A DNA stretch of 37,778 bases from an uncultured Hyphomicrobiales bacterium (GCA_903918155.1 CAIXDD010000103.1:1-37778), one strand, 5' to 3'; positions 23,384-32,131 are shown, numbered from the stretch's first letter. Numbers and translations are program-made. Notes: generated by a model not told the origin, from the sequence alone.

Positions 23384-24568
23384 TCAAGCTGCGCGGCGGA
23401 AACCTGGCGCCGCCTTGTGCATGCGTTCGGCGCCGTCTTTCGTGACGCGCACCAATTCGCCGGTCTGGACGCCGGCCTTTCCGTCGAGAGTCATCACCGA
23501 GGGCTGGATGACGATCGTCATATTCTCTTCGAGCCGCATGTCGGGCACGGCGGCGGAGGGGCGTTCGCGCGTGCCAAGGATCGGCGGCAGATAGCCCCCG
23601 CCATAGCCGTGCACGAGATCGTCGCAGATGGTGAAGCCCTTCGCCGCGATGCAGGAGGCGGCGTCGAGCAGCTCCTCCACATGCGCGCCCGCGCGCACGC
23701 TTTGGAAGATGGCGTCATAGGCTTCCTGCGCGACGGCGTGGAGGTCGCGATAAAGAGGCGTCGGCTCGGCGCCGACGGCGATGGAGCGCTGGATCTGGCC
23801 GGGATAGGACCAGAAGGAGACGGCGATCTCCGTGAAGACGATATCGCCCGCCTTCACCCTCCTGTTGCGCGCGATCTGCGAGGGCACGCAGCAATCGGGA
23901 TCGCTCATGGAGGTGACGCCGGTGTAATGGATCTGCGTCAGGCCGCCCAGCGGCGCATAGGCGCGTTCGATCACGTCGCCGAGTTCATATTCGCTCAGGC
24001 CCGGCCGCGTCTCCCGCTCCAGCGCTTCGACGGCGAGATCGGTGAGCGCGCAGCCGATCTGCAGCCAGTCCAGCTCTTCCGCGCTCTTGATCATGCGCAG
24101 GCGCGTATAGCCTCTGTTGAGGTCCACCGGCGCAAGACCCGCCTCGACGAGCTTCTCATGCAGGCCGTATCCGTAGGAGCCGAGCACGCCGATTCTGGCG
24201 CCGGGGCCCACGCGCCGCGCGAGTTCGCGAATGGCGAGCGTCTGGCTTCCTTCCGCGCCCCAGCGCACGTCGCTGTGCGGCGAGAGCACGCGCGCCAGCG
24301 CCGCGTTGTTGGGATTTTTCACATAGAGCGCATCCTGCGCGCCGGGCGTGAAGATCACGAAATGGCCGCTGGTGCTGGGCCAGCCCGTCAGCCATTGCGT
24401 GGCCGAGCCCTTGCGGTCGCCGCCCGAGAACAGCACCGCCTTGGCGCCCGCCGTCTCCATCAATCCGGCGATCGCCTTGCGCCGATTTTGCATTTCCTCG
24501 GGCGAGAACGTGGGGAATTCCATCTCGATCAGGCGATGTTGACGTTCGTTGACCTGCAGCGCGCCCAT
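23384..24568 (-). CDS. M24 (Xaa-Pro peptidase/creatinase) fold protein with non-canonical metal ligands
   Basis: Creatinase-N-like start 'FSPEEMQNRR', 'LRMIKSAEEL', 'RPGLSEYEL', 'GDIVFTEI', 'LVHGYG', 'LEENMTIVIQP'. Start ATG 24568 probable. Confidence 0.85.
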   Translation of the reverse strand: MGALQVNERQHRLIEMEFPTFSPEEMQNRRKAIAGLMETAGAKAVLFSGGDRKGSATQWLTGWPSTSGHFVIFTPGAQDALYVKNPNNAALARVLSPHSDVRWGAEGSQTLAIRELARRVGPGARIGVLGSYGYGLHEKLVEAGLAPVDLNRGYTRLRMIKSAEELDWLQIGCALTDLAVEALERETRPGLSEYELGDVIERAYAPLGGLTQIHYTGVTSMSDPDCCVPSQIARNRRVKAGDIVFTEIAVSFWSYPGQIQRSIAVGAEPTPLYRDLHAVAQEAYDAIFQSVRAGAHVEELLDAASCIAAKGFTICDDLVHGYGGGYLPPILGTRERPSAAVPDMRLEENMTIVIQPSVMTLDGKAGVQTGELVRVTKDGAERMHKAAPGFRRAA

Positions 24569-24654
24569 TCTTCTGTCCTGTCGTTCCGGCCGCGCGCATG
24601 CGCAGCCTTTCAAAATCATCAACGGGGATCGGGCGAGAGCGTCGCTTGATGCGT

Positions 24655-24704
24655 CGCGCCTCGTCTCGGCGCGCTTCATCTCGTCGCGCTTCATCTCAGC
24701 GCGC
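24655..24704. repeat. 15-bp tandem repeat CGCGCyTCrTCTCnn x3 in a divergent intergenic region
   Basis: Units at 24655, 24670 and 24685, partial at 24700. Confidence 0.8.
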
Positions 24705-24875
24705 GAGCGTCAGCGCCGTGCCCTTGCGCGGAACATGCCGCAGGACTCCTCCCGAATTCTTAGTTGGCTTGATCAGACCGCAAAACAGCGCTGCTTGCAA
24801 GGCGAGCGTCGAGGGGCTGGACAGCGGCGCGCCTTGGCCGCACTTTGCCGCGCGACGAAGCCCAGAGGACCGCAC

Positions 24876-26093
24876 ATGAATGAAGACGCGCAGGCGCGCC
24901 GCCGCGAGGCGCCGGTGATCGGCCTTGTGAGCTTCGCCCACATGCTCAGCCATTTTTACATGCTGTGCGCGCCGCCGCTCTTTCCGCTGCTGCGCAAGGA
25001 TCTCGGGCTCGACTACGTGGACATGGGCCTCACGGTGACGATCTACGCCGTCATCACCGGCGCGCTGCAGACGCCCATGGGTTTCCTCGTGGACAGGTTC
25101 GGCGGCCGGCTCGTGCTCATCGCCGGCCTGTTCGTCAATGGGCTCGCCATTTTTCTGGCCGCCTATGTCACGGGCTTCTGGGGTCTGGCGGCCGCCATGG
25201 CGCTGGGCGGGCTGGGCTCCAGCGTGTTCCATCCCGCCGATTACACGATCCTCAATTCGGTCGTGGGCGCCCCGCGCATCGGCCGCGCGCTGTCGGTCCA
25301 TTCGCTGGCCGGCAATATCGGCTTCCTTGCGGGCCCCTTGTTCGTCGCCTTCGTGTCCGCCTATGGCGGCTGGACGCTCGCGCTGCAATCGGCCGGGCTC
25401 ATGGGCATGGCGTTCGCGCTTCTCATGGCGGCTGCGCCCGCCGCCTGGTACGAGGGCTCGACGTCCGGCTCCGCATCCGGCCCGCGCAAGTCGCGCGGCG
25501 CGCAATGGCGCCTGTTGATCGCCTCGCCGCGCATTCTCTCGCTCTTCGCTTTCTACATGTTCTCCTCGGCGGCCAATTCCGGCGTCGTGCATTTCTCCGT
25601 CGTGTCCTTGCATGAGCTTTATGGCGTGCCGCTCGCCGCCGCCGCGGCGGCGCTGACGATCTATCAGGCCGCGCAAATGCTGGCGGTTCTGCCGGGCGGC
25701 TATGTGGCGGACAAGGCGCGTTCGCAGGAGGTCGTGCTGGCGACCTGTTTCGCCATATCGGGCGTGGCCGTCGCCATCGTGGGCGTGAACGCGCTTCCCT
25801 TCATAATCGCCACCGCGCTTCTGGGCGTGTCGGGCGCCATGCGCGGACTCGTCAACGCGTCGCGCGACGTCTCCGTGCGCCATGCGGCGGGCGCGGTGAG
25901 CGTGGGCACGGTCTTCGCCTTCGTGACCACCGGCTATGCGGGCGGGCAGGTGATCGGGCCCATCGCCTATGGCTTGATGGTCGACATGGGCCGGCCGGAT
26001 TTCGTCTTCTGGCTGTCGGCGGGTTTCACGCTGCTCGGCATCGCGACCATGCTGGCGGGTCTGCGCGCGCCGGCGCCGCAAGCGGCGCAATAG
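24876..26093 (+). CDS. MFS transporter
   Basis: RBS GAGGA before ATG 24876; ~12 hydrophobic segments; motif A 'GFLVDRFGGR'; 'SSVFHP'. Confidence 0.9.
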   Translation: MNEDAQARRREAPVIGLVSFAHMLSHFYMLCAPPLFPLLRKDLGLDYVDMGLTVTIYAVITGALQTPMGFLVDRFGGRLVLIAGLFVNGLAIFLAAYVTGFWGLAAAMALGGLGSSVFHPADYTILNSVVGAPRIGRALSVHSLAGNIGFLAGPLFVAFVSAYGGWTLALQSAGLMGMAFALLMAAAPAAWYEGSTSGSASGPRKSRGAQWRLLIASPRILSLFAFYMFSSAANSGVVHFSVVSLHELYGVPLAAAAAALTIYQAAQMLAVLPGGYVADKARSQEVVLATCFAISGVAVAIVGVNALPFIIATALLGVSGAMRGLVNASRDVSVRHAAGAVSVGTVFAFVTTGYAGGQVIGPIAYGLMVDMGRPDFVFWLSAGFTLLGIATMLAGLRAPAPQAAQ

Positions 26094-26109
26094 GCGCCGC
26101 CTTCCCTTT

Positions 26110-26146
26110 AGGCGCCTTGCGCAAGGCGAAGGCGCGTTGCGCAAGG
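26110..26146. repeat. 20-bp-period duplication containing palindrome CGCCTTGCGCAAGGCG
   Basis: aggcgccttgcgcaagg (26110-26126) and aggcgcgttgcgcaagg (26130-26146) between convergent genes. Confidence 0.7.
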
Positions 26147-26159
26147 ATCGGGCGGCGTC

Positions 26160-26378
26160 TCAGGCGGCGCGGGCGTCGCGCATCGGCTCCAATTGATCCG
26201 AGGGCACGCTCCACAACACGCGCCCCTCGAAGCGCACGTCGGCGCGCTGGGCCTGTCCGAGGCCCGGCGTGCGCCCTTCATAGGCGCAAATCACGATTCC
26301 CTCGCAGCCGGGCGACACGCCGCGATCGGCGACGAGCCGGGAGTCCGGTTTCAGGCGCACTCTTTGTCCTGCGTGCAT
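26160..26378 (-). CDS. Small hypothetical protein (72 aa), probable SH3-like beta-barrel
   Basis: Strong RBS AAGGAGG before ATG 26378; pattern 'GQRVRL...G..G.V......V.F......V....LEP' typical of SH3/KOW-like barrels. Confidence 0.65.
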   Translation of the reverse strand: MHAGQRVRLKPDSRLVADRGVSPGCEGIVICAYEGRTPGLGQAQRADVRFEGRVLWSVPSDQLEPMRDARAA

Positions 26379-26567
26379 TCTGGCCTCCTTCGCGGGGCGG
26401 CGGCCGCGGATCGCGCCGCCGTCATGCTGCAATGCGATAGACGTGCCAGATCCTCCGCCGGATCATCCGCCCTGTCGCCCGCGCCGGCCGCTTGCGCGAC
26501 GGCCCGCGTCCCGCCATTGTGGAGCTGACGCCGTGTCGTTCGGGCCGCAGATTTCGAGGGCCTTCCT

Positions 26568-27392
26568 GTGTCGTTCAAATCCATTGAGACCGCCCGTCGC
26601 GACCATTTGCGCGCGCGCCTGCCCCACGCCTGCGGGCGGGGGGACATGCATCTCGAATATCAGCCGATCTGCGACCTGCGCAGCGGCCGCGCGCTGGGTT
26701 TCGAGGCCCTGCTGCGCTGGCGCGACGGCGGCGCGCTCGTGCCCCCCGCCGAATTCATCCCGCTGGCCGAGGCGAGCGGCGACATCGCCGCCTTGTCGGA
26801 CTGGATGGCGGGGCAGGCCTGCCGCGACCTTGCGGCGCTGGGGAGCGCATGCGCCGTCTCGCTCAATGTCTCCGCCGGCCAGCTCGTGGAGCCCGGATTC
26901 GCCGGTCGTTTCGCGCAGACCCTGCGTGCGGCAGGCGTCGATCCCGCCCGCATGGGCGTGGAGGTCACCGAGAGCGTCTTGATTCGCGAGCCGGGTCAGG
27001 CCATCGCCGCGCTGTCGGATTTGCGCCGCATGGGCGTGCGCGTGGCCATCGACGATTTCGGGACCGGCTTTTCCAGCCTCGCCTATCTGCGCGAACTGCC
27101 CTTCGACGTGGTGAAGGTGGACCGCAGTTTCGTGACCGGCGCGACGGAAGATCCCGTGTCGCAGGCAATTCTCGAAGCGGTGGCCCTGATCGGCCGGCGC
27201 ATCGGCGTCGTCGTTCTGGCGGAGGGCGTGGAGACGCAGGGCCAGCGGGCCTGGCTCGTCGAGGCGGGCTTCGCGCTGGGGCAGGGCTATCTGTTCGGCC
27301 GGCCCGCGCCGGCGGATCATTGGCGGGACCAAAGGCGATCCCAAAAGCGACCCGCCGCCGCCTCGATTGCGGGCGGGGCGGGGGCGGACTAG
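26568..27392 (+). CDS. Stand-alone EAL-domain c-di-GMP phosphodiesterase
   Basis: 'YQPI', 'FEALLRW', 'PAEFIPLAE', 'SLNVS', 'EVTES', 'DDFGTGFSSL', 'KVDRSF', 'AEGVET', 'QGYLF'; no GGDEF or sensor domain. Start uncertain. Confidence 0.88.
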   Translation: MSFKSIETARRDHLRARLPHACGRGDMHLEYQPICDLRSGRALGFEALLRWRDGGALVPPAEFIPLAEASGDIAALSDWMAGQACRDLAALGSACAVSLNVSAGQLVEPGFAGRFAQTLRAAGVDPARMGVEVTESVLIREPGQAIAALSDLRRMGVRVAIDDFGTGFSSLAYLRELPFDVVKVDRSFVTGATEDPVSQAILEAVALIGRRIGVVVLAEGVETQGQRAWLVEAGFALGQGYLFGRPAPADHWRDQRRSQKRPAAASIAGGAGAD

Positions 27393-27479
27393 GGTCGCTT
27401 CGTTCGCTTGTCCCTCGCCTGCGCAAGATCATCCCATGTCCCGCGTTGCTTCGTTGCGTCGTCCGCCGCCGGAGGCCCC

Positions 27480-28313
27480 GTGAAACTCGGCCTCATCGGA
27501 TTCGGCGCCATCGTCCGCCAGACGCTGGCCAGTCTCGAAACCGCCGTCGCGCAAGGGGCGATCCCCCGGCTGGAGGACGTGGTCTGCCTCGCCCGCGAAG
27601 GGGCGGGGGCGCGCGCCCATGCCGCGCTCGACGCGTTCGAGGGCTCGCTGGCCCGATCCGTCACCGTGGTGGACGATCCGGCCGCCCTGCTCGCCCGCCG
27701 CCCGACGCTCGTGGCCGAGGCCGCCGGCCATGCGGCGGTGCGCGACCTCGGACCCCTCTTGCTGGGCGCGGGCGTCGATCTCGTGATCGTCTCCGCCGGC
27801 GCGCTGGCCGACGAGGACGTGCGGGCCCGGCTTGATTCGGCCGCCCTCGCCGGCGGCGCACGCTGGAGCCTGTGCGCAGGGGCCGTTGGCGGGCTCGACC
27901 TGCTCGCCGTCGCCCGCCTCTCCGGCCTGAGCGACGTGCTCTATATTTCGCGCAAGCCGCCCGAGGCCTGGCGCGGCACGCCGGCCGAAAGCCTTCTCGA
28001 CCTCGACCGGCTGACCGAACCTGCGGTTTTCTTCGAGGGAGACGCCGGGCGGGCCGCCCGCGCCTTTCCGCAAAACGCCAATGTCGCGGCCACGGTCGCG
28101 CTGGCCGGGGCGGGCTTCGCCGCCACCCGCGTGCGGCTGGTCGCCGATCCGGGCGTGAACCGAAACATCCATGAAATCAGCATCAAATCCGATTGCGTGG
28201 ACGCCCGTTTCGAGATCGCCGGCCGCCCCGCGCCCGACAATCCCAAAACCTCGCTGACGACGGCTTACGCGCTCGCCGCCGACCTGCTCGCCCGCCTGCA
28301 AGCCAAGGCCTGA
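27480..28313 (+). CDS. nadX: L-aspartate dehydrogenase family protein
   Basis: RBS GGAGG, GTG 27480; 'EAAGH.AV', 'SAGALAD', 'GAVGGLD', 'RKPP.AW', 'FPQNANVAA', 'NIHEI', 'NPKTS'. Confidence 0.88.
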   Translation: MKLGLIGFGAIVRQTLASLETAVAQGAIPRLEDVVCLAREGAGARAHAALDAFEGSLARSVTVVDDPAALLARRPTLVAEAAGHAAVRDLGPLLLGAGVDLVIVSAGALADEDVRARLDSAALAGGARWSLCAGAVGGLDLLAVARLSGLSDVLYISRKPPEAWRGTPAESLLDLDRLTEPAVFFEGDAGRAARAFPQNANVAATVALAGAGFAATRVRLVADPGVNRNIHEISIKSDCVDARFEIAGRPAPDNPKTSLTTAYALAADLLARLQAKA

Positions 28314-28321
28314 CCCGAAAG

Positions 28322-28364
28322 CGCCGCTCCGAACGCCGCTCCGAACGCCGCTCCGAACGCCGCT
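28322..28364. repeat. Perfect 12-bp tandem repeat CGCCGCTCCGAA x3.6
   Basis: Exact units at 28322, 28334 and 28346, partial at 28358. Confidence 0.92.
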
Positions 28365-28406
28365 TGCGCCCGCCGTTCGGACCCGCCCCGCCCGCATGGC
28401 CTGCTT

Positions 28407-28430
28407 CTGTAGATTGTTGACAATCTGCAA
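28407..28430 (+). promoter_or_regulatory. Palindromic operator (GntR/FadR-type) overlapping a TTGACA -35 box
   Basis: AGATTGT-TG-ACAATCT (28411-28426), extendable with mismatches; AT-rich island ~55 bp upstream of the GntR gene. Confidence 0.7.
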
Positions 28431-28480
28431 TCGGGAAGGCACGAGGGCGGCGTCTGGGCCGCAACCGAGGGAGAGGCGCG

Positions 28481-29161
28481 TTGGACGATCTGACCGTATT
28501 GCGCACCCGTTCTCTGCCCGGCGTGCTGGAGAAAGAGATCGAGAAGGCGATTCTCGGCGGCGAGCTGGTTCCCGGCGGCCGCGTGAACGAGAACGCCCTC
28601 GCCGGCCATTACGGCGTGAGTCGCGGTCCGCTGCGCGAGGCGCTGCGCACCCTGCAGGCCGCCGGCCTTGTCGTGTCCGTGCCCAATCGCGGCTATTTCG
28701 TGCGCCGCGTCGATCCCGCCGAAGCCACCCAGATCTATGACGTGCGCGCCGCCTTGTTCGGCCTTGCCGGCGAGACTTTGGCGCGCCGCGCGAGCGAGGA
28801 TCTCGTCGCGCAATTGCGCGCCCGGCTCGACGCCATGGACGAGGCGGCGCGCGCTCGCGATTTCGAGGCTTATTACCCGCTCAATCTCGCCTTCCACGAT
28901 TACATCGTCGAGGCCGCCGGCAATCCCGTGCTCGCGGCTCATTACCGCGATCTCGTGAAACGGCTCAATCTCTTCCGCGCGCGCTCGCTCGTGCAGGGCG
29001 GCGGCCTCGCCGTCTCCAATGCGGAGCATCGCGCCATGGTGGAGGCGGTCGCGCGCCGCGATCCCGCCGCCGCGCGCGAGACATTCGCCAATCACGTCGC
29101 CCGCGCCCGCGAGCGGCTTCTCTCCGCGGAATCCTCCGCCGCGTCCGCTTCCAGCACATAG
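28481..29161 (+). CDS. GntR family (FadR/FCD subfamily) transcriptional regulator
   Basis: wHTH 'GELVPGGRVNE..LA..YGVSRGPLREAL'; FCD 'NLAFHDYIVEAAGN' and 'EHRAMVEA'; TTG start with RBS GGAGAGG. Confidence 0.92.
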   Translation: MDDLTVLRTRSLPGVLEKEIEKAILGGELVPGGRVNENALAGHYGVSRGPLREALRTLQAAGLVVSVPNRGYFVRRVDPAEATQIYDVRAALFGLAGETLARRASEDLVAQLRARLDAMDEAARARDFEAYYPLNLAFHDYIVEAAGNPVLAAHYRDLVKRLNLFRARSLVQGGGLAVSNAEHRAMVEAVARRDPAAARETFANHVARARERLLSAESSAASASST

Positions 29162-29177
29162 AAAGAAAGGCATACGC

Positions 29178-30590
29178 ATGTCACAGCAGAGCGCGATCAC
29201 CGTCGAGGCGATCAAGTTCATCGAAGACGTCGGCTATGGCGATCTGCCCGCAGAGGCGCTGCGCGTCGGCAAGCGCTGCATGGTCGACACGCTGGGCGTG
29301 ATGATCGCCGGCTGCTCGGAACATTCGGTCCATATTCTCGTGGAGGACGCCATCGAGCAGGGCGGCCGGCAGGATGCGTTGCTTCTGGCGGGCGGCCAGC
29401 GCAAGGCGCCTGCGGCGGTCGCCGCGCGCGTGCTGGGCACCGCCGGCCATGCGCATGACTGGGACGACACGCAGGTCTCCCATGATCCCGCCCATGTCTA
29501 TGGCCTTCTCACCCATCCGTCCGTTCCCCCGCTCGCCGCCTCCATCGTGATGGCGCAGCGTCTGGGCGGCGTCGACGGCAAGCGCTTCATGCTCGCCTTC
29601 CAGACGGGCTTCGAGGTCGAGTGCAAGATTTCCGAATGGATGTCCCATCGCCATTATCGGCGCGGCCATCATTCGTCGGGCACGGTGGGCACGTTCGGCG
29701 CCTGCGCGGCGGCGGCGAAACTCCTCGGCCTGAAGGGCGAGAAGCTCGCCCATGCGCTGGGCATCGCCGCGTCGCTGGCCGCCGGCATCCGCGCCAATTT
29801 CGGCACGATGACGAAGCCGCTGCATGTCGGGCGCGCCGCCGAGAACGGCGTCACCGCCGCCCTTCTCGCCGCGCGCGGCTTCACCGCCGATCCCACGGTG
29901 CTGGACGGGCAATGGGGGTTCTTCGCCGTGATGGGCGAAGGTTTCGATCCCGCCAAGCCGGCGCAGGGTTTCGGCAAGACGCTGACGATCGTGGATCCCG
30001 GCGTGTCGATCAAGCCGTTCCCGTCGGGCATTCTCACGCATCAGTCGATGGACGCGATGCTGAAGCTCGTCCTCGACAACGATCTCAAGCCCGAGGAGGT
30101 GGAGGCGATCCGCTTCTACGCCGGCAAGAACATCCTCGAGCCGATCCGCTATCCGCTGGCGGCCAATCACCTGCAGGCGAAATTCTCCATGCCGGCGCTC
30201 TTGTCGATGATGATCCTCAAGCGCCGCGCGAGCCATCACGAATTCCTCGACGAATTCGTCTCCTCGCCCGCCATGCAGGACATGCAGAAGCGCACGCAAT
30301 GCCTGGGCGACCCCGAAATCGACGCGCGCGGCTACGATCTCATCCGCTCGCGCATCGAAGTGGACACGAAGGACGGGCGCAAGCTCGTGCAATGGGCGGA
30401 CGAACGCTATCGCGGCGGCCCGCTCAATCCGATCTGCGACGCCGATCTTGAAGGCAAGTTCCGCATGTGCGCCGAAGGCGCGATGGCCGACGACGCGCAG
30501 GCGCGCCTGCTCGCCGCGGTGAAGGGACTGGAGAACGTCGGCGACGCCGCCTCGCTCGCCCAGATCATGGCGTTCGACGTCGCGCATTAA
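29178..30590 (+). CDS. MmgE/PrpD family protein (copy 1)
   Basis: 'VDTLGVMIAG', 'GHAHDWDDT', 'HPSVP', 'NFGTMTKPLHVG.AA.NG..AA.LA', 'QAKFSMP', 'RGGP.NP'. Confidence 0.9.
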   Translation: MSQQSAITVEAIKFIEDVGYGDLPAEALRVGKRCMVDTLGVMIAGCSEHSVHILVEDAIEQGGRQDALLLAGGQRKAPAAVAARVLGTAGHAHDWDDTQVSHDPAHVYGLLTHPSVPPLAASIVMAQRLGGVDGKRFMLAFQTGFEVECKISEWMSHRHYRRGHHSSGTVGTFGACAAAAKLLGLKGEKLAHALGIAASLAAGIRANFGTMTKPLHVGRAAENGVTAALLAARGFTADPTVLDGQWGFFAVMGEGFDPAKPAQGFGKTLTIVDPGVSIKPFPSGILTHQSMDAMLKLVLDNDLKPEEVEAIRFYAGKNILEPIRYPLAANHLQAKFSMPALLSMMILKRRASHHEFLDEFVSSPAMQDMQKRTQCLGDPEIDARGYDLIRSRIEVDTKDGRKLVQWADERYRGGPLNPICDADLEGKFRMCAEGAMADDAQARLLAAVKGLENVGDAASLAQIMAFDVAH

Positions 30591-30677
30591 ACGAGACGCG
30601 CGCGCCGCGTGAGGCGCGCGCGCATTCATCGGCAAACGGCGGGCCGCCGCGGCCTGCGAAGCGAAGGGAGAAGCGTC

Positions 30678-31649
30678 ATGAAAAGGCTTGTAGCCGCATT
30701 GTCGTTCACAGCGTTGTCGCTGGCCGCATTCGTCGCGCCCGGCCAGTCCGGCGCGCAGGCCCAGCCCGCCCCCTATCCGCACAAGGTCGTGACGCTCGTC
30801 ACCCATTCGAGCCCGGGCGGCGGCAGCGACATTTTCCTGCGCGAGATGGTGAAACATCTCGGCAAATATATCGACGCCACCTTCGTCGTGGACAATGTGT
30901 CGGGCGGCAGCGGCGCGCGCGCCATGTCGAAACTTGCGACGTCCAAGCCCGACGGCTCGATCTTCTACGCCATCACGCCGACCTATATCTACACCTCGCT
31001 CATGTCGAAGCCGCAGCACACGTTCCGCGACCTGCAGCCGCTGGCGGTGGTCTTCGCGGATCCCGAAGTGCTCTATACGCGCGCCGACGGACCCTACATG
31101 AGCGTGAAGGACGTGATCGAACATGCGCGCAAGGCGCGCGGACGTTTCGGCGTCGCCAATCCCGCCTCGCTCGAACGTCAGGCGGCCGAGCGGCTGAAGA
31201 ATGCGGCGAAGGTGAACGCCGCCGTCGTCTCCCATGAAGGCGGCGGCGATCTCATGATCAACGTGCTCAACGGCACGCTCGACGCCGGCGTCGGCGAGAT
31301 CCAGGAGCTGCGCGCCCAGCTCGCCGGCGGCAAGGTGCGCCTGCTCGCCTCCTTCACCGACCAGCGGCTTATCGATTTCCCCGACATGCCGACGGTGAAG
31401 GAACAGGGCTTCGACGTGGTGGTGCACAAGTTCCGCGGCCTCGCCGGTCCCAAGGGCCTGTCGCCCGAAGTGATCGCCGTCTGGGAGAAGGCCTTGCCGC
31501 TCCTGCTCGCGGACCCGGACTACAAGAAGGTCTATGCGCAGGAGAGCCTGATCGTCGACTTCCGCGGCGCCGCCGCCGCCGGTCGCCTCGTCGACGACTT
31601 CGCCCGCGAGACCGAATCCTTCCTGAAGGAAACCGGCGTTCTCAAGTAA
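30678..31649 (+). CDS. tctC: Tripartite tricarboxylate transporter substrate-binding protein TctC
   Basis: Signal peptide; 'YPHKVVTLV..SSPGGGSDIF.R', 'DNVSGGSG', 'PDMPTVKEQG'; directly upstream of tctB-tctA. Confidence 0.9.
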   Translation: MKRLVAALSFTALSLAAFVAPGQSGAQAQPAPYPHKVVTLVTHSSPGGGSDIFLREMVKHLGKYIDATFVVDNVSGGSGARAMSKLATSKPDGSIFYAITPTYIYTSLMSKPQHTFRDLQPLAVVFADPEVLYTRADGPYMSVKDVIEHARKARGRFGVANPASLERQAAERLKNAAKVNAAVVSHEGGGDLMINVLNGTLDAGVGEIQELRAQLAGGKVRLLASFTDQRLIDFPDMPTVKEQGFDVVVHKFRGLAGPKGLSPEVIAVWEKALPLLLADPDYKKVYAQESLIVDFRGAAAAGRLVDDFARETESFLKETGVLK

Positions 31650-31659
31650 GGAAGCGGCC

Positions 31660-32130
31660 ATGAAGCAGGATGCAGCCGGCGCCTTGGGGCTTTTGATCTT
31701 CGCAGGGCTTTATCTCTACGGCTCGTCGCAGATCCCGCATTCGTCGCTTTCCGACGACGTCGGCGCGCGCGGCATGCCCTATCTGCTGGGCGTCCTGCTC
31801 GCGATCGTCTCGCTCGCCTTGTTCGTGCGCGCGCAATGGGCGCCTGCGCGGGCCGCAGAGGGCGCTGACGAGGAGGGCGCGGCGCAGGGCGGTTCGCTGC
31901 CCCGCGCGCTCGGCCTGCTGGGCTGCGCCGCGCTGTTCATCGGCCTCGCCTGGCTTCTTGGTTACGTCGTGGCGGCGGCCGTCTTGCTCTTCGTCGTCAT
32001 GCGCTATGAAGGCCTGCCCTTCGATTGGCGCATGGCGGCGATCAGCGTCGGCGGCGCCGTATTCTACTGGCTGGTCTTCGTGAAATTCCTCGGCGTCGCG
32101 CAGCCGGTCGGCCTCGTGTTCGGAGGCTGA
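31660..32130 (+). CDS. tctB: Tripartite tricarboxylate transporter small membrane subunit TctB
   Basis: 156 aa, 4-5 TM segments, 'D.VGARGMP', C-terminal 'F...LGV..P.G'; lies between tctC and tctA. Confidence 0.87.
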   Translation: MKQDAAGALGLLIFAGLYLYGSSQIPHSSLSDDVGARGMPYLLGVLLAIVSLALFVRAQWAPARAAEGADEEGAAQGGSLPRALGLLGCAALFIGLAWLLGYVVAAAVLLFVVMRYEGLPFDWRMAAISVGGAVFYWLVFVKFLGVAQPVGLVFGG

Positions 32131-32131
32131 A

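Noticed and set aside
28322-28364. Possible CRISPR array or iterons (also considered for the other short repeats)
   Set aside because: Units are 11-20 bp, head-to-tail without unique spacers, and there are no cas or rep genes in the window.
28481-29161. Phosphonate-utilisation regulon (the regulator resembles GntR proteins found near phosphonate genes)
   Set aside because: No phn genes in the window; neighbours point to carboxylate metabolism.
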